A DNA stretch of 64,000 nt, taken from the human T2T-CHM13v2.0 reference genome, Homo sapiens. The first letter of the stretch is position 1. The number at the start of each line of letters is the position of its first letter. Below are positions 1 to 12,469 of the stretch, in pieces. The stretch lies in assembly GCF_009914755.1 (NCBI RefSeq), contig NC_060932.1. The stretch is one strand, 5' to 3'. Under the pieces are notes generated by a model. The model saw only the letters and a list, made by a program, of their open reading frames with translations. It made no database searches and was not told the origin of the DNA. A program made the position numbers and the translations under genes.

Positions 1-1379
1 TTCCTCTTAATCTCCCTTCTAAGTCTTTGAGAATATAATCCTAAAACAATGAAAGAATAACCTATTTCTAGTGTTGAATGGGTAAAAGGATGTTTTTATT
101 ATTGTTCCTTTCCATTTGTTTTCTACTTAAATGCCCTATTTGAATTTTACCACCAAAATTGCTGAAATATTGACACATTTAACTACTTAAAGTCTGTCAG
201 TCTGTTGACCTTTGACCGCTGCACCTGTTCCTCAGCAGTGATTTAAGCTGTTCAAGGAGAGAGGTGAGTTGAACAGCCAAACCAACTATAGAATATTAAA
301 ATATCAAGGTCATATGAAGAACACGTAGCACATGCAATAGTCTTTAGAGAGTCCATAAACCATCCAATTCACTCACCCCTTGCCCTTCAATGACAAAGAA
401 CAGACCCTGACATTATTGGAGTCTTTAGCCAATGGCCTGAAGGGGAAGGAAAGGCACTAAATGCCTCTTTTTACCATTCGAGGACAGCAGGATTGTGGGG
501 CCCTATGTTTTGCTGCTTGCCAGCCTTCAGTTATTTGAAGCTATAGAAAATCCTCATCCTCTCTGATGTCTAATGCTGGATTTAAATAACTGGGCAAACT
601 TGGGATACCTCTAGCAAAATGTGCACGTCTCTTTGGTTTCAACTTTGAACTACCTATCAGCATACAGGGTTCATACCTACGTGAGTATGAGAGACCACAT
701 GATTTCGCCTAGATACTGCCAGAGAACCCCCATAGAGTCACTCAAATTTTAGAACCGGTGGATGAAGGACCTATGTGATGGTGAAAAATTGCTCTGAATT
801 CAATAGCACTGGCTGAGTGCATGTTTTACTTATTGCAATGCCATCACCCTTGTATACTGTAAACTGGAGCAGGTGCGTACTAGGTTATTATATGTAAGGT
901 CTGCAGCCCATGCTTCGTGGACAAATCAATTTGCAGTCCACTTGCCCTGATTCTGCAGGCCCAGGCAGTCCCCAGCCCAGGCCAGGAAGCCAATTTGCAG
1001 AAGCTTGAAAGGGAGGGAGGTGAGGGAGCAAGGATACCACTCCCCAGTTCAATGACTTCCTTTCTTAGTCCTAAGTCCTGGGCTCCTGCAGGCGCTCTTT
1101 ACCGTCACACCCTTAGCTCTGCTACTGGCCATCGCAGACAGGACTTAAAGCATCTAGCAGACACAAGAACTATCTATCAGGAAACCCCAGGACTCAATAC
1201 TGGTGAAAAAATCCAGCCTAACAGAAATGATAAACAGGAACCAAATGACAAAACTATGATCTCTTCACATCTTAACATTTCCCACTCCAAAGCCACCCCT
1301 ACTCTGAATCCTTGACCGTCCACCTCACTGAGAGGAGCAGAATGGGTGTACGATTCGAACTTCTTTTGGGTGTTCTAGT

Positions 1380-1740
1380 CACACTGTGATCTGAGAAGAC
1401 AAGCACATTTTCAACCCTTCTAATAAAATCTCTCAAATCACTTCATCTCTCTCAGCCTCAGTTCCCTTACTCGACAAAGAAAGCAGTCTTGGAGGTTTCC
1501 CAACATTCTTAGTAACTTTTCAAAATAAGGTTATTAGTCAGGACATCAACATATAATACAGCTGAAAGCTGTGAATGGCCTCTCCAAGCAGCTTGAATCT
1601 TACCGAGTTCAAACATCATTACCTCTGGAGCTCCTGCAGAACCCTTCTGAAAGCCTGAGGGTTCCATGGTCACCCAGTTTGAAAGCTGTTGTATTGGAAG
1701 ATGGTTAAGGCCCTTCTAGGTCTCAAATGCTTTGACGTCC
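1380..1740. mobile_element. MIR-family fragments interrupted by a probable hAT-Charlie MITE (~1490-1691)
   Basis: MIR core ctctctcagcctcagttccc; MITE-like end cacccagtttgaaagctgttg; MIR3-like tail gatggttaaggcccttctaggtctc. Confidence 0.4.
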
Positions 1741-2704
1741 CCATGACCTATGTCCCCCCCCCCCCCACCATGTCAACCCTTCAGAGGGGTGCCGATGGTA
1801 GAGAAGCCAAGCTTGCTATTTCTGGTGATTGAGGTTTACAATAAACAAAACCAGCTGTTTTCTCATTACCTATACTTTTTCTTCAGGCAATGGGTCCATT
1901 CACTGAACTAATCTGTCTTGCATAGCTGCTTGGATGTGGGTGTGGGGAAGATGGTTGGGTGAGCAGATATCTTTGGTCCTAAGGGTATGAGTCAAGGGTC
2001 TCTGCTCTTGAAGCCTGCTTTCTGCCTCTTGGTTTGAGAGAGATAAGCGTTTTTATCCTGCCTGCTACAAGTTTAAGGTCCAATTTTACGCCTAAAATAA
2101 GAGGAATAAAAAGCGATCAAATTGCTTGTAGCAAGAACTGAACACCAGAATTCTTGCATTTTCAGAAGTATGTCAATAACTTAGTAATTTACCTTGACTG
2201 ACATTGAAATGAGTACAATAAGACTGACTATGCACTAAAAAGAGATTTAATGCAGTCTGCAAGGAATTTAGAATGAGTTTTACATTGCTTGATAAAATCT
2301 GTTAATAAGAGAACTCATCCCTACTCTGAAGAATGGGATCATTCATCTCATGTAAGATACATAGACATGCGCTTCCACCCAAACACTTCAGAAATTAAGT
2401 CAAACTTAAAAAAAAAAAGTATACTGAGTTGTCTTACATTAGTGGGGAAATTATTATTCCTTGCTCAGTTAGAGCTCTCAAGCATCAAGGAAAAAAATCA
2501 CACGCATTTGGAAAAGGGGGTGACATGACCTGACCTCCTAAGAACACAGATGAAGAAGAGAAGAAAACGGGTTCCGTGTGCTGTGCCAGGCATACTTACC
2601 ACAAGCTGGCCCCAGCCCTGCCAAGCAATGCTTCATGATCCATCATGTTCATCTTTAACGAGCCCAAGAGCTAGAAAGTGTGTATCCCAGATTTTCTCAA
2701 ATAC

Positions 2705-3204
2705 TCAGATTTGCAACAATTTTTTTTATTTTTATCATACTTTAAGTTTTAGGGTATATGTGCACAATGTGCAGGTTTATTACATATAAGAATCCAACCA
2801 CAACTTGACTGATTTCATCAAGCAGCATTGCTCCATTTTACAAGAGAGGAAACGGGCTCAGGACAGGACACATAAGCACCTGACAGTAAATATTTTAGGT
2901 TTTGCAGACCATACAGTCAGTTCCATCACCACCCCCAGAGGGTCACACGAGGACTCCCACACTCCGCTCTTCCCACACCTGGGCTCCTGCTCGAAACCTC
3001 TGCTGAACAGCCTGCTTGAAAATCCACCGGAGTATTCTGTTGATAAGGAAATGTCTGGGCCTCAGATTTCCCGTGCTGCTTGTGTAAATCTTACGAGGAA
3101 AAGTTGTGCAGCTCCTTTCATGCTTCTGGATTCAGTGCCACTTGGCTGTGCAGATTTCTAAAAGCTTTTGAATAGACTAATAAACATGGAATTGTTCTGA
3201 ACAT
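2705..3204 (-). other. MSRA: Candidate alternative terminal exon of MSRA, adding DVQNNSMFISLFKSF* after exon 3
   Basis: Acceptor tcttttcatattttgcttacag|AT at 3204; in-frame TAG at 3160-3158; AATAAA at 2730-2725. The 3' end is inferred. Confidence 0.45.
2720..2788 (-). mobile_element. Extremely 5'-truncated L1PA 3' end (~70 bp)
   Basis: tttttttatttttatcatactttaagttttagggtatatgtgcacaatgtgcaggtttattacatata matches the antisense L1PA terminus (ttatactttaagttttagggtacatgtgcacaacgtgcaggtttgttacata). Confidence 0.88.
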
Positions 3205-3494
3205 CTGTAAGCAAAATATGAAAAGATATTACCCAGTGAATGAACATCCTGGGTTTTCTTGCCAGAAATGGGGTATTTGTATATTAGGCTAATGCACTGA
3301 AATTAACCCAGAATGCTTATCCATTGCAGAATGTCTTTTCATATTTTCATCTGTACAGTCGTTATTACAAAATGTAAGAATAATTCTCTATCAGAGTATT
3401 CAGGAATCTGAATAGCTCAATTACTTCTAAAATCAATGTAGTAAAGCAACAGCATGCCAGTTAATCAGTTGGTTTGCATAACAACTGTTTGAGG

Positions 3495-3511
3495 GTGTGT
3501 GTGTGTGTGTG
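3495..3511. repeat. (GT)8 microsatellite
   Basis: Read directly from the sequence. Confidence 0.9.
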
Positions 3512-6274
3512 CATGTGTAAAGAGAAAACCAGTGTCAGCCCAACTTCTTAAAACAAATGTGAAAGATCAAGCTTTCATTTGACTATAGAGAAAATTCTGG
3601 AAGACAGGAACTAGTATTCTTTACATCAAAACCAACCTTCCCCTAGGACCTGGTGCAATGCTTTACATGTGGCACCTTTCCAGTAAGTGGCATATTTAAT
3701 TTATTCAAGTAAGGCCTATATACAAGTTAGGCTCCTCATGGCTATTCCAGTCCACGTTCTGGGTTCTCTAGTGCCAGCCAGATGCTGAGCTTGTAGGAAA
3801 CAGAAATGGATGGATGAATCTTTGGACATCATTTTAGGTACAAAACAGTGGCCACTAAGACATGAATTACTTCTCAGCACATCTCTTAGAGACAGATCAG
3901 AAATGCATCAGAACATGGCCCAACAGAGGTCTGCTGGCCATGAGAGATGCTACCCTGTGTCCCAGCCAAGACTGGGTGCCTGGTGCAGAAGCTGGTGGTG
4001 GGTGGCTTTCAGAGGGGTTAGAATTCAGGCCCAAAACATCTGGGTGAGGTAAGTTTCTCAGCCTGTGCGCTATTGGTTCAGTGCTTAATGAACCTGAGGA
4101 AGGGAAGATTATAGGTTACTTAAAAGTTACATACACTTTTAAAACAGGTTTAAATGAAATTATGGGCACATGCAAGGGATAGGAAATCTCCAGGGAAATG
4201 CAGGAGGCAACTGAAGCCTTGGAAGATCATGGAGGTCCGACCAAAACTCTGTTTTTGTCATATAACTCAGCCCGAGGTTAACTCAATTTGGAGAGAATGA
4301 CCTGTGCAGACTAAACTCACAATAGACTGAGATATATATCTCAGAGAGGCATTTTATTGAATTCTAAATAAGAATTAGAACTGTCTGCCTGACTAACCTG
4401 ATTTCATTGCATTTTCTTTCTGTAAATAATCCCCACAGGAGGACAAAAGATTAGAAAGTTTTACAGAGTATGGATCAGAACACGAGGTTAGTGATACAAC
4501 TTAAAAGTGCCAGGGTATCAGGCTCTGTGGGTCTGCCCAGAACACCCAAGAGAGTGGCCAGGACCTCCCCTCTCCCAGGCTGTTCTAGCTCACCAACCTC
4601 CTACTGAGGACCTATGCTCCTTTTACACAGTCAGGGCATTCCACTAGGTTACTCTGAAATCCTACAGACACAGAAACCAATCTCTCTTCCAAGTGACTGT
4701 CCATCTCCACTGTGATTCAGAGCAGGCTGATTTTATACTGCCACTCTCAATGGGCGACTTTATTCTAAATTCCTAAGAGACCGCCCCCTTGTATTCTCTA
4801 CGCATGTCGGGTGCAAGTGGCACCAAGCAATGGAGACTGCCCACCATGAACAGCCCCATTAGTGAGCCCACGATGGGGACACCTCCTCTCTCAGCTACTA
4901 TGAGAAGCCATGTTATCTTTTCTATATGCCTAGTCACAACTCCGATTTGGGGTTCAGAGTCACTGGCCTATCAATTTCCACATAGAAATACCATTCGGAC
5001 ATGAATCCACACCCTCTCTGGACACACACTGCTTCTACACTCACATCCACACTCTCTCGCTCACTTCTCCCCTGTTGAGGCTGTGCAGACCCACTGGCAC
5101 AGCAGGGGTAGCAAACTTGAGCCGATAGTTCCTTGGCCTGTGTTCACCCACCTGTGTGCTGAGATAATGCTTGTGGAAGCTCTGATGTGCGTCATCACAT
5201 AAGAGGTTGCACAGAGCGGTGGTAAAGCTGGCCCTGTGGATTCTGTTAACCCCTCCTCCTATATTTCTGGCATCTGCCCCAAGAAACCACATGGTACCTT
5301 AAGCTCAAGCATACCGCTTTATGAGAGAAGGAATCTGCACACAATCCAGGTCTCTATGCTTCTTTTCTTGACAAAATAAAAGTAAAAATCTTTACAAAAT
5401 ATTCACGGATTGTGATCAAAGTTTTACAAACTTAATTGCAAGCAGATACTAGAGTACAGACTAGTATTTCTCCCACAATGGACCTCAGCAATTACTATGC
5501 ATCTTACCAGAGCCTTGGGGTTTTTGTTTGTTTGTTTGTTTATTTTCCTTCTCTTAAGTCAGACCACTCCAGGGCTGACTTGTTCAGCAAGGCTTTGAGC
5601 ACCAGAGGCTTCAGAGGGGAGGCCCGCCAGTGTAACCTGCTTTATGTCTCCCCCACCCCTCTCCTTGGTCAAAAATCTTTAATTAGCTGCTTACCATAAT
5701 TACTCTAGCGAGGGACCTTATTTGTTCTCCTTCCCTGTTATTCCCAGGGATCTGAAGGCTGTACCACTTCTGTGCCAGAGGGACCTTTCTATCATAGCTC
5801 CTCTCTGCCTTTTTGTTTTTCCCTTTTATGATCAGAACAACAACAACAAAAAAGCCTAGGGAAAGAAATCGTCTCTCCTTCTGTGTATGGGTAAGACCCT
5901 ATAACTATCCCTTTCCAATCAGGAACAAGTTTCCATGACAACCATGCTTCCCAATGCTACTGTTAACTTAGCAGGTAGTGTTCATATCCAATCGAGTTCT
6001 TTACCAGTCTCTGTGGTTTCCGTACTTTACCACTTGCTAGAGGCCTCTAACATACCAGCTGTTTGCATTAACTGGCTTGGCCCTTTTTCCTTCTAAACAT
6101 AAGAAAGACAAAAGAATTTCCTTGGCATTCTCCTTAATCATTTAAAAGCACACTAATATAATTAAAAATATACCAGAGGGACATATATGAAAGAGAATTT
6201 GTGACTTGGTGGAAGAAAGTGCAAAGGGATGAATGGAGAATGGCTGGGATATGATGACAGCTGGGAGACTTACA

Positions 6275-6510
6275 CCATGGTCAATGGCATAGACTTTGAG
6301 CTGAGAGCTAATGAGGGAGGGATTCCTGCTAGGTATGACCTTAGGTAAGTTATTTATCCTCTCTGAGCCTCTACACTCCCTCTGTAAAAGATAGAAGCTG
6401 ACATACTTCATGGAACTGCTTAGAGAAAAGCAAAGACAGAAAAAGTGCTTATTACAGTGTCTGGCATATAGCATGAGTTTAACACATGGCAATTATCATG
6501 TTGTTATTAA
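6275..6510 (+). mobile_element. MIR SINE
   Basis: Core tatgaccttaggtaagttatttatcctctctgagcctc...ctgtaaaa and 3' part aagtgcttattacagtgtctggcatatag. Confidence 0.8.
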
Positions 6511-7350
6511 GGTAAACAGCTGAACTGAAAAGGGTTCGAGCAAACAAGGAATCACAATATTCTAACTGATTGTTAACATTTTGCTGCTTGAGGATAATAG
6601 GTATAAAGCAATAGATACTTGGAGGTTTTCTTAGCAACCTTTTTCTCTTAGGCCATTAAGTCACGTCTGGAATTACAGGAAGGAATCTACTCATTTCCAT
6701 TCCTAAGACTTGAGAGGATACACCTGGGTGATCTCCAGGATTCATTTGAGTCTATTTATAGCTATGCATAAGCGTTTAATTTTGAAACAGAAGTTAAAAA
6801 AAAATAGGATAACCATTAAAATATTTGTTTGTTACACCACATTCTCCATACGAATCAGAATATTTCAATCCTTCTCTAGAGCAAGAAAAAATAAGAACAT
6901 GCACATTTTTATAATATTTTCATTGTTGTACAGCTCAATTTTTATTTCAAAATAGAATTCATATTGTAGCAAACACATCAACATGCTCACTATTCACCAA
7001 GCTCCCAAACTCCAGCTTTTCCCCTCCATCATTCATGGTGCCCTCGGAGGGCTGAGCGCATCCTCCACAAACCACACTTATTTAAGACTTTATTTTAGAA
7101 AGATAAAACTGTTTACATTTTACACCCCATTTTCATCAATAATAGTGGACTATAACTCCAGATACTCCCTCCCTATTAAGACCTCTTAAAATGGTGAATA
7201 TAATTTTTTTTAGAAAAACATTTCAAATGCTATCTGAGCTGGCAGGAAAGGAAAGGAAATCCTTTAGGTCAGAAACAAGTCCAGAGAGGTAATCTGGTAT
7301 TCGAGACAGAATTTGCCATGAGGGCATCTGCCTACCCTGTTAGCCTAGAA

Positions 7351-7631
7351 TAGAGGTCAGCAAATTTTTTTCCTGTAAAGCACCCAACGGTAAATATTTT
7401 AGGCTTTGCAGACCACATAGTTGGTTGCAAGCACTCAACTCTTGTAACTGTAGCATGAAAACACTCATAGATAATATATAATAATAACAATGAGAATAGC
7501 TGTGCTTCAACAAAAATTTACTTATATAGATAGGCAGCAAGTGGGATTTGGCCTATAAGTCAAGTCAATAGTTTGCTAGGCAGCAAGTGGGATTTGGCCT
7601 ATGAGTCAAGTCAATAGTTTGCTGATCCCTG
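7351..7631. mobile_element. MER58-type hAT-Charlie MITE
   Basis: Ends agaggtcagcaaat...agtttgctgatccctg (terminal inverted repeats); internal gtaaatattttaggctttgcagaccac. Confidence 0.82.
7531..7622. repeat. 46-bp tandem duplication (2 copies, 1 mismatch) inside MER58
   Basis: taggcagcaagtgggatttggcctat(a/g)agtcaagtcaatagtttgc at 7531-7576 and 7577-7622. Confidence 0.95.
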
Positions 7632-7699
7632 CATTATAGCACGGCTTTCAGTGTTTTTCCTTACAGAAAACACAACCAGTATCTGAAATGTCTGTCTCA

Positions 7700-8213
7700 T
7701 GTGGTAGATTGTTGAAATAATGGTCCCGATTCTTGATACCTCCTATATCCTTGCCTTTGGGGAGCCATCCCATATTGGCTCTGGTCTAGCTAGCGCATAT
7801 GACTTGCTTTGGCCAATGGTATAAAAGTGAACGTAACACAAACAGAGAATGGGCCTCATCCTCTCTTGCTGCTCTTAGGTTCTCTGCATCCACCACCATG
7901 TGAATTAGCTCAGGCCAGTGTGCTGAAGACATATGGTCCATCATCCCCATTACCCCAGCTGGCAGTTAGTGCTAACCAGCAGCCAGCACCAACTGCCAGG
8001 CCAAAGAGTAAAGCAGCCTAGGCTGACTAGCCCCCAGGCAACCCACAGGTTGACCTTAGCCACATGAGCAAATCCCAGGTGAGGCTAACAGAAGAACCAT
8101 AAAGCTGAGCCCAGCCTCAACTGCTGATCATCAGAATTACAAGCTAATAAAATGACTGTTTTAAGCCACCATGTTTTAGAGTGGTTGTTCCACAGCAAAA
8201 GCTAAATGGTGCA
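7700..8213 (+). mobile_element. MLT1 (ERVL-MaLR) solo LTR, MLT1G/H-like
   Basis: Starts tgtggtagattg; 3' signature agctgagcccagcc...aataaaatgactgttttaagccaccatgttttagagtggttgttccacagcaaaagctaaatggtgca. Confidence 0.82.
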
Positions 8214-8403
8214 CTCCACAGGAAGATTATCATCTTCTAAACATATAAAGTGAGAAGCTCACAAGTATATATACACAAATAATAAAGATTGAAGAAACAT
8301 TTTTAAAAAAACATATTTCCATTTTAAAGAGCCTGTCACCCAACAGTAGTGACAAGCCCTCCCTTGTTTCTCCTAGTAATACAATAAAGCAAATTCTTCC
8401 TAC

Positions 8404-8523
8404 CTGAGCAGACTTCTTTATAAGTAGGATTTGAAGTATAGCCTCCTGCAAAACCAACTTGAGTTGAATACACTCCTTTCAAGACCCAGAATTTCCTTTC
8501 AGCTCCCCAGAAACATCCCATTC
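8404..8523 (-). CDS. MSRA: MSRA internal coding exon (exon 3), 120 nt, phase 1-1, containing the catalytic Cys motif GCFWG
   Basis: Translates (G)[39 protein letters not shown], the MsrA active-site signature. Acceptor is a polypyrimidine tract + aag (ag at 8525-8524); donor is CAG|gtagga (gt at 8403-8402). Confidence 0.98.
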
Positions 8524-9699
8524 CTTAAAAAAGAAAAAAGAAAAAAAAAGGATACTGATTATTCAAAACAAAGTGGTCATTGCACATCCACATACACCTG
8601 TTACATGAAGAAAAAAAAAAAGTTGCTCCTGTCATTTGATAACCAAAAATGACTAAGATTTTATCTTTTAAAGAAGGAGAGTTCTTAACATTGGTAAATA
8701 ATTTTATTTACAATTATTTGCATAGAATATCTCTTTGCTTTAGCTGTGCAAAAACTTAGAAGGCCTCAAATTTAAAGGAGTTAGTAAATCTACACATTTC
8801 CAAATAACACAGTAAGGGGGTAACTATTTTCATATTTCCACATCCAATTCATAACTTGAATCAATAGAAAATTTACTGAATGATCCACTCCCTGGTCACA
8901 TATTTTTAAAAAAATATTTTACCAAAGTATAGCACTAAGTTACCCATTTTAATGTGAAAACTTCCAAAATCAACATAAATTCATGCATATTTCCAATTAA
9001 CAATGTCACATATGTGTTTAGTTTTCATTTTTTTAATCACTATAAACTTGCATGTGATAAATCACTGCTTACCCAAAAGTAAATTTTTCTGAGTTTTATT
9101 TCTGGATATAATGAACGCAGGAGAAGGGTTTGGAAGGGAGGCAGGGAGAGAATGACAACAATAAACAAACTCACAAAAGTAGCACTCCATTCAACTAGCA
9201 AACATTGTGTGTATACCAGTGGGCACAGGATCTCTTTGAACATCTGATGAAAATCACAACCCATCTCCCAAGAGCACACACACTCACGCACGTCGCAAAT
9301 GTTGCCATGCACTTCCTTGGGCTCCAAATACAGAACCTTCATTTTGTACCATAAGTTTCTAAACTGTCCAGTACAATTGGTGTTCTATGGCCCACTTCTA
9401 GATGTAAAAAAGATTACTGCCTCACTCAAATTTTATATGGCTTTATGAAGTTACGTATAACTGAGATCCTGAGTGGAACAACAGTTGGCAAATTAATATA
9501 CACTATACACCTCCCACTCCTACACTCACTCGATTTACCAGATTTGACGACAGAGCTGAAAGATAAATTAGAAGTTTACTGAAATTCTTGACACTCTTTA
9601 ATATTCTACTCTAAAAATCCAAAGCAACAAAACCCAAAAAGTAATTTGAATAAAGTTATATATTATACAAAGATATTCTATTTGCTAAAATGTGTTAAT

Positions 9700-10050
9700 C
9701 AAAAATAGGTTAAAATAAAAATATAAGGCCAAATAATAAAATTTAATGCAGTAAAAAATTATTTTGTGATAATATTGCAACATGGAAATATGTTTGTGAT
9801 ATCATAATTACCTAAGGCTAAAGTAAAAAGGAAAAAACACAATTACATGCACTTTTATTATAACTACTAAAGATTTTCACACCAAAATTAGACTGGAAGA
9901 AAATATACTAAGTATACTAAAGTGATAATAACCACTACTGTATTACAGTGGTGACAATTTAGGAATATTTTTTCATTCTTCAAATTTTTCTGTAATAAAT
10001 TCCTATTACTTTAAGAATAAAAAATTTACATTTTTAAAGAAAAGCAAAAT
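9700..10050 (+). mobile_element. Old L1ME-like 3' end fragment
   Basis: gactggaagaaaatatac...tttttctgtaataaattcctattacttt; AT-rich and highly diverged. Confidence 0.5.
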
Positions 10051-11004
10051 ATTCAAAGAAATAACATAAGAATCTGCTTATGCTTATGTTACCCGCCACT
10101 ATACCAGTTTACAAGTGAATTGCTTGCTGCTAGTGAATATAAATAAATATTTATTGAGTATCTATAAAAATTAAGTATCCACAGGTCTCCGGCAAAAGCA
10201 TTCACTATTAATTTTCCTTTGTTGTATTCCTTGGGATGAGGGGAGGATGATAGGGATTCTCTGGAAAAGGACAAGCTGTAGGTGAGTGGAGCAGCTTCAC
10301 TGCACATAAATGACCACGAGAGCTCCAGGATCTGTGCAGAGCACCAGGCAGAAGGCAGCCCACCCCTGAAGTTCAGGAGTCTGCAGAGTTTGTTGAATAA
10401 AATATTTCTGTGCTGCACAACGACTAACAGCGATGGCACCAGAGAGCACCAGAATCCTTCAACCTTCACGTACAAGGTCCGTGGCAGGCCATTTTAGTAG
10501 CTAGCCTGTCCTGACCTTTGCCCATGGTCCCACTCCAATAGCCCCAGGTTTTTAAAACTTAAAATGTTCTTGGCCAAACCAAGCAAAACATTAGCTGCAA
10601 GTAGAGAGATATGTAATCCCCTTTTAATGCTTAATAGGGATCAAGAAATGACCCCATGAGGAGGAGGATGAATGACCAGGATGCAGGTGGGCAAGGGTCT
10701 GGGGTGCCACGTGTGGCTGAAACAGCGTCTCAGGGACTGGAATATGGTCAATGTCCACATTTCTGGAGAGGAATGTGACTTAGGACACAGGTTGTTAGGA
10801 GGATAAAACTCCATGAAGCAACATTTCAACTAGCGGCTGCAGGTTTAAGCTAAACATTCTATTATGTGGCTTTGAAGGTGTGAGTGTGAAAATGTGTGTG
10901 TGTGTGTTTAAACAAAGAAAACAGGCTTATTTATAGCAAAATTACTCATAAATTTCAATAATCTGGTAATCATTATGAATATCAGCAAATAAAATATAGT
11001 ATGC

Positions 11005-12465
<1,461 letters not shown>

Positions 12466-12469
12466 CAGT

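Larger units (their letters stand above)
1..8403 (-). other. MSRA: MSRA intron 3 (5' part; continues beyond window start)
   Basis: Begins at donor gtagga at 8403; no canonical downstream MsrA coding sequence recognised in 1-8403. Confidence 0.85.

Noticed and set aside
917-1315. 132-aa ORF and other >100-aa ORFs in unique sequence (2805-3161, 10089-10475, 23736-24128, 52903-53301)
   Set aside because: Mostly GTG/TTG starts, no recognisable domains or exon structure; lengths are expected by chance in 64 kb.
1754-1766. C13 homopolymer
   Set aside because: Simple mononucleotide run, notable only as a sequencing-error or indel hotspot.
4500-5960. Possible very old LTR fragments
   Set aside because: Too diverged to assign a family or boundaries by eye.
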